From: a virus
Lineage: Duplodnaviria; Caudoviricetes
Strand: one strand, 5' to 3'
Length of the DNA: 44,326 nt
Virus record (IMG/VR): IMGVR_UViG_3300020045_003211
Coordinates: 1 to 44,326 of that record
A program made the position numbers and the translations under genes. The notes beneath the pieces are model-generated. The model worked only from the letters and a program-made list of their open reading frames with translations. It had not been told where the DNA came from and ran no database searches. Positions 11,701 to 21,680 of the stretch are shown here, piece by piece (the first letter of the stretch is position 1; the number at the start of each line of letters is the position of its first letter).

Positions 11701-14700
11701 TCTTGATGTTAATGCAACAACATCTTTTATTTTTACTAAACTCTTCTTAATTCCTTCTGCAGTTTTTCTGAATTTTGTCAATTGATCAGCAGGAATATCT
11801 TTCTCATTAAATTCAATTCCTAATGTATTTAAAAACTTAATATATGTTTCTAAATTGCCACTCTTTAATTCATATTTGATAAGAGTTTCTGAGGCATTAT
11901 ACACCCCTGTTTTAGCCTCATAGCTGATATAAGGAGTTCCTTCCTTAATCTTATTCACCATTGTATGAAACATGTCTCTTTTGGCTTGTTTTGCTGCTCC
12001 TGCAAAGCTAGATTGTCCTACAACAACTTCCCCATTAGCCTGAATAAATACAGACATTACATCTGGATTCTGACTTTTCATAGACTTCCAGAAAGCATTT
12101 ACTAAATGCAAACCTTCTTCATCAAGTTTATTAAAATTAACAGATTTTGAAGGTTCAGTTTTTGTCAACCTTCTGTATAAGCGAATATAGTTAGGGTTAC
12201 CAACAGCTAATTCTGCAAGTTTAGAAAACATCTCATCAATGTTTCTACTATCATAAAGATTATTCTTAATGGTAATATATACCTCATCTGCTGGCATAGT
12301 TATTACACCGCCAATAGTAGATTTTTTTGGTTTACCATTTTCTGTTATAGGAATAGTGGCAAATAACATTTTAATTGCACTATTAGCTTTTCTAAAATGA
12401 TCTATTTTTCTTGCATCCTGATAATCAGACTTTCCAGAATTATTTTCATCTGTAATTGTTAAAACATCATTTTCATCAAATTCTACTCCGTAAGAAAGAA
12501 GTTGTTCCTGATGTTTTGCTACAACATCTACCCATTGATTTTTAATATTCTTCCATAGAGCTTTTAAATTTCCAACCTCTCTTGCAGCAACATCTTCTTT
12601 CATTTCTCCATTAGCTGCAGCAGTTTCAAATTGTTTTCCTTTATTTCTAATTTTTTGAAATATTTCTTTCTGAAGTCTTTCATATAATACTTTCTTATTC
12701 AAATCCTGTATCGAAAATAGACTCTTATCTGTTTCTATTAATTCTACAAGAGTAGAATAAGTCATATGTTGTATTACCTCATGAACTTGTTGTGCAGGAA
12801 TATTTTCAAGTCGCATATCACTTGTATCATCTGCAAAAGCATTATCTACATCCATTATACCAACATTAGCAAATGATAATTTACTTGCAAATGGATTATA
12901 TTCTTTATAATATCCTGTCCCTATTCTTTCAAATAATTGTTCTGTATTACTTAATGCTTTGCTTCCTGTAAAGAATTCTTTGATCATTCTCACAACATCA
13001 TAGAACATTTTACTAATCCATGATTTTCCTTCTTTTACAGGAGCTTTTTGGAACATTATATAATCCCTAAACTCTTCTGCTAATTCTTCTTTAATTTGAG
13101 CATTTGTAGCTTCAGAATATTTTATGATACTTTCTGGATTATCTCTTTCTTCAAAACTTCCTTTTCTACTCTTAAATTCAGAAATAATATTTGTTTTTTC
13201 CTCTTGAGAGGACATTAATTTCCAAACAGCTTCAAATACCTCATGATATACTGTTCCACCTTCTGCATGTTGTGTTAAATATAAAGCAGCATTGTGCAAC
13301 ATACCCCAAGCTTGTCTACTATTAGTAGCTTGTATCATGTTCTTAACTCTATATACAGGAAGATTTGGAAAATTGGCTTTTAACCATTGTTCAACTTTAT
13401 TCCAATCTTCTTCTTCAAACTTATTAGCTTGTTTAACTAGTTGAAGTCTATACTCACTATCCTCATCTTCACCAGTTTCAGCATTATTCCACTCATCATC
13501 TTCTTCTTCAGAAGTTTCTTCAATGGGATTTTCTTTAACTTTTGAAAGAGCAATAGCATCTAATTGTGGTTTCACATTTCTAAGAATAGAAAGAGCAATA
13601 ATATTTCTAGCTGCATCTTCTGTTATACTTTTAGCAGTCATAACAACTTGTGTTAATGTTCCATCAAAAGTTGGATTAAAACCAACTTTACCCTCACTAG
13701 TAATATATTTCTCTGCATCAAGTACAAAAGTTGTACTACCAAATGTTCCTAATGTAATTGTATTTACAGTAGTACCATCTAATACAAAACTTTCTACTTT
13801 CTTTTCTTCTGATTTTTCTGTTTCTTCTTTTTTTGGTTCCCCCCTAAATTCAATTCCTTTTTTTATTGGTTCTTTGGGAAGAGTATATTCTGATTGTGTT
13901 AATGTAAAATATATACCTTTTCTATTAGCATCATTTTCATCCTTTAAAGGTTTCAGTCTTGTAGCTAATGGAATTTCTTCTGCTTTTCTTCCCTCTGAAG
14001 AAAGAAGATATGTTTGGTAGTTTTTCCATTCTTTTGTTGTTGGGTTACCATTGGTGTCAATTCCTGTTATTTCATAATAGGTTTTATTCCATGCTCTATC
14101 ATTTACAAGTGTGGCATTTGTATTGTTATACATTCCCTCCAACAGAGTGATAATAGTGGCTTTATTTGCCTGTAATGCTGTTGGTGTAAAATCGAAACTT
14201 GTCCCTATACCAGATATAAATAATTTAATAACAGACTTTCCGTTTTCCTCTATTGTTTCAAAGAATATACTATTGTATTTAGGACTCTTTCTTTCTCCTG
14301 TTGAAAAATCTTTAGGAATTCCCCAATACACAACTGATTTTAACCAATTATGCAGAGAAGTATTATTTTCTTTTGCTTGTTCTCTTTCTTCTTTTGATAA
14401 TTTTGCATTATAAGAATCCAAGGTATTCTTGGAAACCTGTTGTATAACATCAAAAATTGTATTAGCTTCTTTGCTATTAAACTTTCTATTTTCAAGTTTT
14501 ACAAGTCCAAATCCTGCAAGTTTCAAAAACACTCTTCCTAAAGCATTATTAAAGGTTGTTGTTCCTTCTGTAACAGAATCATTGGATGTTCCTACAGCAA
14601 CTAATTGTTTTTCTTCTAATTCACTATCCTTAATAAGTCCAGCATCTTTAACAGATGTTCTTGCATCATAGTCATTGTCCCAAATTAAATTTCCATTTTT

Positions 14701-17700
14701 ATCTAAAGCATCATTACCGTTCTTATCTTTTCTAATTTTTTTAACATACTGTGGTGTTCCAAAAGATGTATCAAATCCCTGTGGGGGGCCAAGAACAGTT
14801 TGTTCTAATTGATTATTTCTCCATTGTGAGTATTGTTCTCTAAGAGATTTCTGAATTTCTGGAGAAACATCTTCTCTAAACATTGATTCCTCTGTTTTTA
14901 CTCCAGACTTATCTTCATATTTAGCAGTAAGTTTAGAAAGAGGAAACACTTGATAAATTGCTTGATTTAAAGCATCCTCTGTAATAACATTACCAAACTC
15001 ATCAACCAAATTTCCATCTTCATCCACTATCACTAAAGCAATAATTTCATCTGCTTTATATTCAGAAGTATCTTGTGGAAGTAAGTGTCTTGTAAGTCCG
15101 GGAAGAATTTGATCTTCTGTATCAGATGTAACAATTACACTCTTGAATTTCTTTCCTAATTTGGGAAGTCTAAATCCAAAGTTATTTGCTCTTAGTTGAT
15201 GAGGTTTATCAAAATCTGAAGAAGCTGTTGTACTATTGACAACATTTAAAGTTTCCTTTTTAGGAGTTTCTAATTGCTTATTGTCAATTATATTCTGTAC
15301 ATCTTTTGTGTGTGTTCCTAATAATTGTTGTTGTAATGCTGTATTATTTGCAACTAGTTGTTCTTGCTGCTTTCTTTCTTCATTCTTTTTAGCAATTTCT
15401 TCAAACTTTGCTATTACTTTATCTAAGGTTTTTAATCTATTCTCTTGTTGTTTTAATTCCTCCTGTAGAAGAATAATATTATCTTTTAGTTCTTTGACTT
15501 GTCTTTCTCCGGGAATTACATCTAAATCATCAATCTGAGCAACCATATCTTCTAGTTGCTTTAATTCTTCTTTATATGTTGGTTTTTGTTTTAAAAAGTT
15601 AGGATGTGCCTGTAAGAAATTTGCCCATTCTTCATTCCCCACTAATGAAACTGCTAATACTCCGGGAGAAACTTGAGTACCTATCCATTCATTAGCAATA
15701 CTTGTAGGGGCATTATAGAATTTTTTCTTAAAACTACTAATTAAATCATTTACAAAATCAATTGCACTATCCAGAGCATCTTGTACTTTAGAATAAATAC
15801 TCTTTACAGAGTCTAATTCTTCCATTGTACCAACAATGGCATCTTCTAATAAATCTTTCTGTTCTTTTAAGTCTTTTAAAAATTCTGATGTACTAGAAGG
15901 TAGCTCATCAATATTTTGAGTCATATCCTCTATATAAGGAGTAATGTCTTCCTTTTCAATGTCAAGGTTTTCTTTCTGCTTTTCCAAATCAGAAATTTCT
16001 TTTTCAAGTTGATCCTGCATTTTAGAGAGTCTAGATGCAACATCTAAAGCCTTTCTCATTGCAGGTTTAAATGTAACTTTCTTAAACCTTTTATCTACAT
16101 CATTCTTAGAAGACATTATTTTTTCTTCTAATTCTTCAAGCTCTTGTCTAATGTTTTCTAATTCAGCTTTCTTTTGTTCTAAAAGTTTATCAGTCTTTTC
16201 ACTCTTAGTTACAATTTCTTTATATAAATTGTTAAGAATTCTTAATTTATCTCCTCTTCTTGCTTCCTGATCTTTCAATGTTTTACCAGAAGTAGCTCTA
16301 GTTGTAATATCAGCAGTATCTTCAACAGATAAAGCTCTATCAAATGAGAATACACCTTCTTTAAATCCTTCTTTAGGGCTAAATTGATCTATACCTACTT
16401 CCTTATATTTTGTCTTGCCATTTTGCGCATATACAAAAAATAATTTATCATTCTTTCCATCATACTGTAGCTGTCCTTCAATCTTACCAGCTTTAGCTTT
16501 TCCTGTATTCCAGAATACCTTTGTGTCAGGAAACTTAATAACATTCCTGAAATAGAATTTAGAGTTTTCACTCTTTTCTACATCAGCAACTTTACCAAGT
16601 TTATAGCTTTCTAATTCTTTCCTATCAATATCTCTGATTTTACCAGAAGCATCTTTTGCTTTAATTGTACCATTCTCATTTTCACCAAGGATAGTAAGCC
16701 TAGGAAATCTTTTCTTCTTAATACCACCTTCTGTATAATCAATTGCTCCTAGATAGTATTCTTCTCCTATTTCAACTTCTCTTTCCCCTTCTTTATCTGT
16801 AATAGTGATTTTTTCTCCTGTTGGAGAAGAAGGAGTTTCTACTTTTTGTTCTTGAAATTTCTTAGGAGAACTTTTAATTTCCGAGTATTCTTTTAGAAAT
16901 TTATTTCTATTAACACTTAGTTTAAGAATATCTTCTATAGATTCTATTAGAGTAACTTTTTCATCATCAATAATATCTAAAGCATTAATACTATTAACAG
17001 TGGTGTTAAAACTATCATAGTTATTAGCTAAAACATCTTTGATTAATGTATTTACATCTATACCTTTCCCAATAACTACACCAGTTAAAGAAGTAAGCCT
17101 AGTATCATAATCTGCAACTTTAGAAGCTGCATATACTAATTTATCCATTACAGCAGATGTATATAAAGGAGTTCCTTTATCATCTACTTGTGAACCATAT
17201 CTTAAATGCAAAGATTGGTATAAAGATTTTACATTATTAGCCGTATTCTCAAGAGCAAGAATTCTATTTAAATATGCTTCTCTAGAGTCTCCTTCTAAAG
17301 CTTTACCTTCACTTTGTAATTGTTTCCAACCTTCTTCTGTACTTGCAAGTTGTTTATGTGTGTCAATGTCAGATTTAACTAAATCAAATCTGCCAAATTT
17401 AATTCTTGGAGCAAGATAATTAATAATATAATCTGCTTCTTTGTCTTTACTACCAGAAACATCTCCTTGTTTTAGGAGTTGTTCTCTTTCTTCTTGAATA
17501 GTAACACCCCTATTTACAGAGGCAATAGTTTCTTTTGTAAAATCAGAAAGATTAGCAGAATTAAGTCCTACATTATTCCATTTACCAGACTGCAAAGCAT
17601 CTGTAGTATTCTTTTGTTCCCTACTATTAGTTTTATACCTCCCAATACCCATCATGATAGAACCTGAAAGCCCCCCTATAAGGACATTCTCCATACCTTC

Positions 17701-18996
17701 ATCAGTAGTAAGTGTTTCTCTCACACCTTCTACTAAACTATTAATAATACTCTTATCTTGATTATTATACTTTTTATCAAAATAATCTTCTGTTCCTTTT
17801 GTTATTGCAAATTGTGCACCTTCTTCAAATGCCTCTGAAGAAGAAAATAAATAAGGTCTTACTTTATTTAAAGTACTTAATGTGCCTTTTCCTGAAGTTT
17901 TAGCAACGTATTTTCCACCCTCTTCAATAATTTCATTGGTTCCTCTTGTAAGAGAATTAATCATACCTTTCTCCACTGTATAGGATGATCCTAGTATCTT
18001 CGGAAACTGTATGTAATTTGTTGCCGATAAAAGGGCAATATTTAAACCTAAAGACCAGTTACCTAAATCTTCTGCATTTTTATTAATCTCCTCTAGCTCC
18101 TGTCCTAAAGGAACCATTCCATTATGCTCTTCCTTATAGGCTTGAATTTTGGCTTCCCTAAATTGATTTAAATTATTATAAGCTTCAAATCCTGCTTCAC
18201 CTGTAGTAGCAAGTCCCGCAACAGTAATTCTTTGCCCTGTATTTAAAGTATTAAATGTTGAAAGAAATTTATCAGACCCACTTTTTATTTTCCCCAAAGC
18301 TTCTGTAGCTTTTCCAATACCAATTAATTCTTCTGATGCTGCCAAGGCTTCTGCATTTTTACCTATAGACATCATTTTAGCAAGTCCCGGTAAACTACTA
18401 AGTCCTTTTAATGTAGCAGCAAAAACACCACCAGATAAAGCAGCACCAGCACTAAAACCTAAATTTTTAATAATACCATCCCAGAAAAAGTTTGCAGAAA
18501 AAAACTTCTTAGGTGAGTACCAATGATTCTCTCTTTCAGCAGTAGTATAATAATTAGCCCACTCATCTTCAAGATTTTTGTTAAAATCATCAAGAGTTCT
18601 ATTTAATTCATTATTGTAAAAAGAAGAAAGCTTACCATCGTGGACAGCTTTAACTGTACCATTTACAAGTCCAATAGTAGATTGTAAAAAAGTAGTACCA
18701 GTGAGAGCAAGTCCTTTACCAACACCATTAACCATTTTATCTCCCCAAGTTTGCTGTTGAGCAGACATTTCTTCATAATTAGTACCCGGAGTTGTAGCAT
18801 CATACCTGTTTCCTGAATATACAGTGTTTAAAGGAATCTCTGGAGTTCCTCCAATAGCTGTATTCTGAAGTGTAGCTTTCCACATATCAGCAGCAGATAA
18901 ATTATCTGTAGGTGATACAGAATTTACATTTGGTACTATAGGTGTTGCTGGTAAATTTAATGCAGTTGCAGGTCTATTAATATAATTTTCTGGCAT
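5785..18996 (-). CDS. Virion-packaged DNA-dependent RNA polymerase polyprotein (crAss/phi14:2 gp66-like), 4403 aa, with N-terminal cargo/membrane region, coiled coil, zincin-like domain and C-terminal SLOG domain
   Basis: Catalytic DxDxD motif GSDFDIDKL (DFDID at 9127-9141), GFRIPTQKQNS (RIPTQ at 9244-9258), ETDGGGY and IDGYVDISK motifs; VYHEVFEAVW at about 13231-13245; TGGQTGFDEAG near the C-terminus. Confidence 0.92.
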   Translation of the reverse strand: MPENYINRPATALNLPATPIVPNVNSVSPTDNLSAADMWKATLQNTAIGGTPEIPLNTVYSGNRYDATTPGTNYEEMSAQQQTWGDKMVNGVGKGLALTGTTFLQSTIGLVNGTVKAVHDGKLSSFYNNELNRTLDDFNKNLEDEWANYYTTAERENHWYSPKKFFSANFFWDGIIKNLGFSAGAALSGGVFAATLKGLSSLPGLAKMMSIGKNAEALAASEELIGIGKATEALGKIKSGSDKFLSTFNTLNTGQRITVAGLATTGEAGFEAYNNLNQFREAKIQAYKEEHNGMVPLGQELEEINKNAEDLGNWSLGLNIALLSATNYIQFPKILGSSYTVEKGMINSLTRGTNEIIEEGGKYVAKTSGKGTLSTLNKVRPYLFSSSEAFEEGAQFAITKGTEDYFDKKYNNQDKSIINSLVEGVRETLTTDEGMENVLIGGLSGSIMMGIGRYKTNSREQKNTTDALQSGKWNNVGLNSANLSDFTKETIASVNRGVTIQEEREQLLKQGDVSGSKDKEADYIINYLAPRIKFGRFDLVKSDIDTHKQLASTEEGWKQLQSEGKALEGDSREAYLNRILALENTANNVKSLYQSLHLRYGSQVDDKGTPLYTSAVMDKLVYAASKVADYDTRLTSLTGVVIGKGIDVNTLIKDVLANNYDSFNTTVNSINALDIIDDEKVTLIESIEDILKLSVNRNKFLKEYSEIKSSPKKFQEQKVETPSSPTGEKITITDKEGEREVEIGEEYYLGAIDYTEGGIKKKRFPRLTILGENENGTIKAKDASGKIRDIDRKELESYKLGKVADVEKSENSKFYFRNVIKFPDTKVFWNTGKAKAGKIEGQLQYDGKNDKLFFVYAQNGKTKYKEVGIDQFSPKEGFKEGVFSFDRALSVEDTADITTRATSGKTLKDQEARRGDKLRILNNLYKEIVTKSEKTDKLLEQKKAELENIRQELEELEEKIMSSKNDVDKRFKKVTFKPAMRKALDVASRLSKMQDQLEKEISDLEKQKENLDIEKEDITPYIEDMTQNIDELPSSTSEFLKDLKEQKDLLEDAIVGTMEELDSVKSIYSKVQDALDSAIDFVNDLISSFKKKFYNAPTSIANEWIGTQVSPGVLAVSLVGNEEWANFLQAHPNFLKQKPTYKEELKQLEDMVAQIDDLDVIPGERQVKELKDNIILLQEELKQQENRLKTLDKVIAKFEEIAKKNEERKQQEQLVANNTALQQQLLGTHTKDVQNIIDNKQLETPKKETLNVVNSTTASSDFDKPHQLRANNFGFRLPKLGKKFKSVIVTSDTEDQILPGLTRHLLPQDTSEYKADEIIALVIVDEDGNLVDEFGNVITEDALNQAIYQVFPLSKLTAKYEDKSGVKTEESMFREDVSPEIQKSLREQYSQWRNNQLEQTVLGPPQGFDTSFGTPQYVKKIRKDKNGNDALDKNGNLIWDNDYDARTSVKDAGLIKDSELEEKQLVAVGTSNDSVTEGTTTFNNALGRVFLKLAGFGLVKLENRKFNSKEANTIFDVIQQVSKNTLDSYNAKLSKEEREQAKENNTSLHNWLKSVVYWGIPKDFSTGERKSPKYNSIFFETIEENGKSVIKLFISGIGTSFDFTPTALQANKATIITLLEGMYNNTNATLVNDRAWNKTYYEITGIDTNGNPTTKEWKNYQTYLLSSEGRKAEEIPLATRLKPLKDENDANRKGIYFTLTQSEYTLPKEPIKKGIEFRGEPKKEETEKSEEKKVESFVLDGTTVNTITLGTFGSTTFVLDAEKYITSEGKVGFNPTFDGTLTQVVMTAKSITEDAARNIIALSILRNVKPQLDAIALSKVKENPIEETSEEEDDEWNNAETGEDEDSEYRLQLVKQANKFEEEDWNKVEQWLKANFPNLPVYRVKNMIQATNSRQAWGMLHNAALYLTQHAEGGTVYHEVFEAVWKLMSSQEEKTNIISEFKSRKGSFEERDNPESIIKYSEATNAQIKEELAEEFRDYIMFQKAPVKEGKSWISKMFYDVVRMIKEFFTGSKALSNTEQLFERIGTGYYKEYNPFASKLSFANVGIMDVDNAFADDTSDMRLENIPAQQVHEVIQHMTYSTLVELIETDKSLFSIQDLNKKVLYERLQKEIFQKIRNKGKQFETAAANGEMKEDVAAREVGNLKALWKNIKNQWVDVVAKHQEQLLSYGVEFDENDVLTITDENNSGKSDYQDARKIDHFRKANSAIKMLFATIPITENGKPKKSTIGGVITMPADEVYITIKNNLYDSRNIDEMFSKLAELAVGNPNYIRLYRRLTKTEPSKSVNFNKLDEEGLHLVNAFWKSMKSQNPDVMSVFIQANGEVVVGQSSFAGAAKQAKRDMFHTMVNKIKEGTPYISYEAKTGVYNASETLIKYELKSGNLETYIKFLNTLGIEFNEKDIPADQLTKFRKTAEGIKKSLVKIKDVVALTSRSLDLEGRLLELGEIKAIIENPQFESTYFNINGERVQGFLGTNVVSNLYDVLSKISNINNELPEEYKYLLTDSFAVGSVLLNMMFNLETGNRREGSEGLFKTAYIDGTINEQTGKKKESSKLTHKERLVQDLNMNSYGYYMNLVPGDASIEHAIYMHSADAAFISEEEFKNNKHLEVFKNYFISEVKLARENRRVVGSKNAKDLRFFKSILGEELHKEIMAKENSIYTPEEVYDGYKGKINAAVNTFIKEDASDVELMLRSYGVIYQGEEGLVADGLAFMQNTEVTDANISSKLKQLSVNYMIANIELHKLVYSDPYQYADELKRIKNFNSPRQPLVHGSVKISEALNKKYNQGYTKDDIGYTDMTKEHFSTITLGDVFSTDELPEYDKPYEETDGGGYLTLKALRVFKIRAGEWSQDNERQYRYDTAYEKYYKGIALTAEEEKIFDVSKKGKDNPSVKDTYTVLKPIVSGNKANGRRFNDVVMDKYALIPLSYRILHEINPESNALKLYDKMQKEGIDYGVYSTGRKVGAEVVTPLYNEDGSFNNSPIPVSKENQPQAIINIPFSIIGVQSEVPSKDVAQVTQGSQITKLVTMDFLEAGMPIDFLTEAKFEDRFVAWTNLDAEEKRENASLLYKEIKNNQIILEKRIEQGYKTLLKKLGIEETLEGFRIVDRDKLTDTLTSEILKREVNENITDAFNDFKKQDVVLEATPAYAQIRNILYSIADKNVVSPKISGGMKVQIPSTLLESNRIASTTINGKQAFTSDVLGFYKDEDGKRVCEIMVARWFDSKLNDKELLDYLNNTEEGQKILGGIGFRIPTQKQNSIDVFKIAKFLPKDFGDSVVIPSALVKKVGSDFDIDKLSIYLKNTFESIDRKIKLVELKETEEITKQFYINDYTEKLRTKLEKIANKDEFRISVFNILDKFETVDDTKSFLDFFPNLTEEETEFYLNHREVFEAIRTKAEEENLLPSEYQQRVLDKANNDSAKWMSKLIDENFLNFYGDKMYKEALENAYIQSLENLVSHPLNFKNLIKPNSADQLKGLARDINSKLGRPEIDYSNVGNMLSRRFMTTLRQNFVSGKQAIGIAAVGQTNHSDNQRAVTTIDYERMDLVPEEDKKWLDDGKFHFPKFNKILINGKLLPTLSMIKNQVGDNISDIISQMIDGYVDISKGAWIMELGATPSTAGTWLFLIKAGVPVKTVAYFMNQPIIKEYLQSLENAGYSWLFIDDFVNASQAKFKPSTPISISLIPSETELGDMVGNKTLKDEQLAQQQFILDEFLKYSKMANHLFQVTQGSNFDTANLNDPYLIFKKEKQLEKARKTIISSIDDLLNNSFRGRLRTKINQVRDAFSTILISDRTNDDATKYSVRQVMEAVLTPYINTNDRDFVKISQKAVADLFDWAMQTNTKLNNKVASILLGNESEKSVAQQIIAFRDKVMKNKNHPLFDNLILKSIRLETGDKVGKVQNLKLVGTENKVYDQNQVIAAFRELRPYLGYEKGGLYGKFMRLAVLQSGLTNSPIAFSQLLPYEDFKKIYNETLSSLEDMPNLIDFHSLHVFERNNWANTDIIPFKKDKIKQNKRGDWYYPSQNYIDKPLVRLNKAKADGILPMTITMSVHSQDAKSDFITYSWEKYISKFERIKRRRTSDRSHVQKGLFQKVYTEDENGNRIPLMHSSEDKKTGIVYEKYIYKMINAWGDSFRAKEFYNVEQASVLNNDYIKVEKEIEEKQPNGTIEKKIISAEVEDELVSKILFGENVVSSPVISNTTLMGNINFQEEQSSGYRERTIKNASADATIAIAVDFTSAGERLTKTSVLSQNKKYISVDANRLAVTPERVNGIVNELNSIKKVSDLFSNGITLNIAGNGIYTMKGKYTQEQVDQFTYDLLKAVIESPNLKNKVSAIRTGGQTGFDEAGAKAGLLLNIPTMILAPKGWTFRNISGQDISSESSFKSRFSSTENWSNDLQKGINLKTNDFKC

Positions 18997-21680
18997 TATT
19001 TTTCAGTTAAATATTTTTCAACTAATACTGGATTAATATTTCTTAATGATGTTACAACTTTCTGTAAGTTTACATCTCCATCTAATTGCTCAATAGTGGA
19101 TTTTTTTCCATCTGTCATATATAAATAAGGATAATACTTTCCATTGGAAAAAACTATATTTGCTTTTACATCATATTTATTGCTTCTGGATAGATTAGCA
19201 AAATCAGAAGTATCATAGTAGACATCTCCCTGAAGATAAGTAGATTTGGCATCCGGGTCTCCAGAACAAGTTTTAAAATCATTATAATTTATTTTACTTC
19301 TAAGAGCAGATACTTCTTTAGACTCATATAAATCACTCACATTAATATTTAGTCTACTTGCTTCATCAGGTTGTAAAGTCATACCTCCTGTTCTTTGTCC
19401 ATCTTTATCATAGGAAATAATTTCCACTTGAGGATTATTATTACCATCAAGAATAACACCCATTCCTAAATTATTCTCATCTAACTTATCTGATACAGTG
19501 AAGTTATTTAAATCTCCAGATAAATTTTGCCCTACACTTTTCTTTTCTCCTGCCCATCTTTTTATATTATAAAGAATATTGTTATCAATCTTGGTTTCTC
19601 CTGTAAATAATCCTGTTTTTAAATTGGGTTTAATTCCATAAGACTCTTTTATAATTCTTGCTTTTTCTGTTAAAGCATCTCCATATTCCTCTTTAGTAAT
19701 TAATTGTTCTACTTTTCTAACTTGATCCCATTTAATCCCAGAAGTACCCCCAGAGAAAGGTATGTCACTTTTATTACTTCTAGAATCTTTTAAAAATGCA
19801 TCAACTAAATTACCTTTGCCTCTTTGTACAAGTCTTTGCAATGCATTTTTTGATTCACGTTCATAAGCCTTCACTTCTTCAGGGTGAACTAAACTATGTA
19901 AGTTAAACAATCTCCCCTTATTATATATGGCTAAATCAAAAACATCTGCCTTAGTTAATTCTTCTTGTTTCCCTTCATAAGTAACTGTTTCTGGTTTAAT
20001 ATCCAAATTAGCTAATTGTTTCCCTACCTCTCCTAAATTTTTAGTAGTACGCTCATCAATTCTTTTCTTAACTATCAGTTCACTGTCAAATATTCTTTTA
20101 GCTTCTTTATATGAAGTATAAGCATCCCCAATCAAGGATTTCCTTTGCTTTTCTTCAGGAGTTAATTTATTAAATTCAATAATAGACTTATCTACCCATG
20201 TAGTTTTAAATTCTTCAGGGGATTGATTATTCTGTTGTGCTAAGTCACTTATAACTGTAGAAATAGCTTGTTCTCTTTTCAAGCCTCTTTCCATTAAAGT
20301 TTTTACTTTGTTCTGATTAAACTGATCTTTTCCTAATACTGTCTCCCAGATTAAGGCATCTGATGTTACACCATAAGCAGAAGCAGCATTTTCAAAATTA
20401 GTTGTTTGAAGTCTTATAACATCAATATTACTTGGTTCAGTACCTTGTTCCATTCCTGCATCTCTATTTTCAAAAGCTAACTTTCCTTTAGCAATATCTT
20501 CATCTTGTTTTAATTTAGCTGCTCTATAAGCTTGATCATCTGCATGTTCTAATTTTTTCTGTGCAAAATCCTGAGACCATCTTGATTGAGAATTTGCTTC
20601 CTTCTGCATATCAAATTGAGTTCTCCAACCCGGATTTTCCAAAATTTGTTCTTTCGTTTTTACCTGACCAAACATAGTGGTATATCTTGAACTTACATCA
20701 TCTGTATAAAGAAGCCCACGAATAGCATCAGGATTATCAAAAGCAGCAGCAGAATACTGGTCATAATTATTAGCAATATATGTCATAACTGATTGCAATC
20801 CATCCATTTCTTTCTGAACATCTTTACCTAATCCCTTCTGTATAGTGAGTTCATCCAACTTTGACTTATAAGTTGATAATAATTGATCTTTTTGACTTAA
20901 AATTTTTACACTTAGTTGTTCTGGACTGTACCCCCTATAATTATATTGACCTGTAATACCTAATTGTTGTGTAACTCTTGGATCAGAAAATATTTGAGTA
21001 ATAGTTTCTTTAACTTTTTCAGGCATTCTACCCTCCTTCTCCATTCTAGTCATAGTAGGAGAATAAATGAGATTACCATTTTTATCTGTTATAGGTTTAC
21101 CATCAGCGCCTAATTGATAAATTTGATCAAAACTCATTCCATCAGGAAGAATCTCATCAAAAGTTTCTTTGGCAAATTTAAATATGTCAAAATGAGGAGT
21201 ATATGTTGCATTGAAAGAATCTTCTAAGCCACCATTTACCCAACTACTAGCTTGTTTATTAAATACAAATTCATTATCAGGAGTTAACTTTCCTTCTTTT
21301 CTATCATTATTCATGTTGGTAATCTCCTGTCTATACTTAGCAGCAGAACCAACAGCATTTAATACATTCTTATCTTTAGCAATATTTCCAACCATTCCTG
21401 CTGTAGAATTCACTAATTGAAAATTTGAGAAATCTCCTGCAGCAACAGATTTTAAATTATTACCAAGTTCATCCATTTTAGATTGTAAATACTTTTTATC
21501 TACATCTCTAATAACATCTAATCCAGCAACATTGTCAATAGATGCTTGTATTCTTTGAATACCCTCATCATATTGCTGCTGCTTTCTAACACCCACATCA
21601 ACCATCTGAGACACAGGTAGTTGCTGTACATATGGTGAAAAATTTCCTAATATTTGCGGAGAATCTGTGTATGAACCCAT
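18996..21680 (-). CDS. Putative virion cargo/ejection protein, 894 aa
   Basis: Helical Q/K-rich N-terminus (FSPYVQQLPV...KQQQYDEGIQRIQ) like the gene preceding vRNAP in crAss-like phages; coupled to the vRNAP gene by TAATG. Confidence 0.7.
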   Translation of the reverse strand: MGSYTDSPQILGNFSPYVQQLPVSQMVDVGVRKQQQYDEGIQRIQASIDNVAGLDVIRDVDKKYLQSKMDELGNNLKSVAAGDFSNFQLVNSTAGMVGNIAKDKNVLNAVGSAAKYRQEITNMNNDRKEGKLTPDNEFVFNKQASSWVNGGLEDSFNATYTPHFDIFKFAKETFDEILPDGMSFDQIYQLGADGKPITDKNGNLIYSPTMTRMEKEGRMPEKVKETITQIFSDPRVTQQLGITGQYNYRGYSPEQLSVKILSQKDQLLSTYKSKLDELTIQKGLGKDVQKEMDGLQSVMTYIANNYDQYSAAAFDNPDAIRGLLYTDDVSSRYTTMFGQVKTKEQILENPGWRTQFDMQKEANSQSRWSQDFAQKKLEHADDQAYRAAKLKQDEDIAKGKLAFENRDAGMEQGTEPSNIDVIRLQTTNFENAASAYGVTSDALIWETVLGKDQFNQNKVKTLMERGLKREQAISTVISDLAQQNNQSPEEFKTTWVDKSIIEFNKLTPEEKQRKSLIGDAYTSYKEAKRIFDSELIVKKRIDERTTKNLGEVGKQLANLDIKPETVTYEGKQEELTKADVFDLAIYNKGRLFNLHSLVHPEEVKAYERESKNALQRLVQRGKGNLVDAFLKDSRSNKSDIPFSGGTSGIKWDQVRKVEQLITKEEYGDALTEKARIIKESYGIKPNLKTGLFTGETKIDNNILYNIKRWAGEKKSVGQNLSGDLNNFTVSDKLDENNLGMGVILDGNNNPQVEIISYDKDGQRTGGMTLQPDEASRLNINVSDLYESKEVSALRSKINYNDFKTCSGDPDAKSTYLQGDVYYDTSDFANLSRSNKYDVKANIVFSNGKYYPYLYMTDGKKSTIEQLDGDVNLQKVVTSLRNINPVLVEKYLTEK

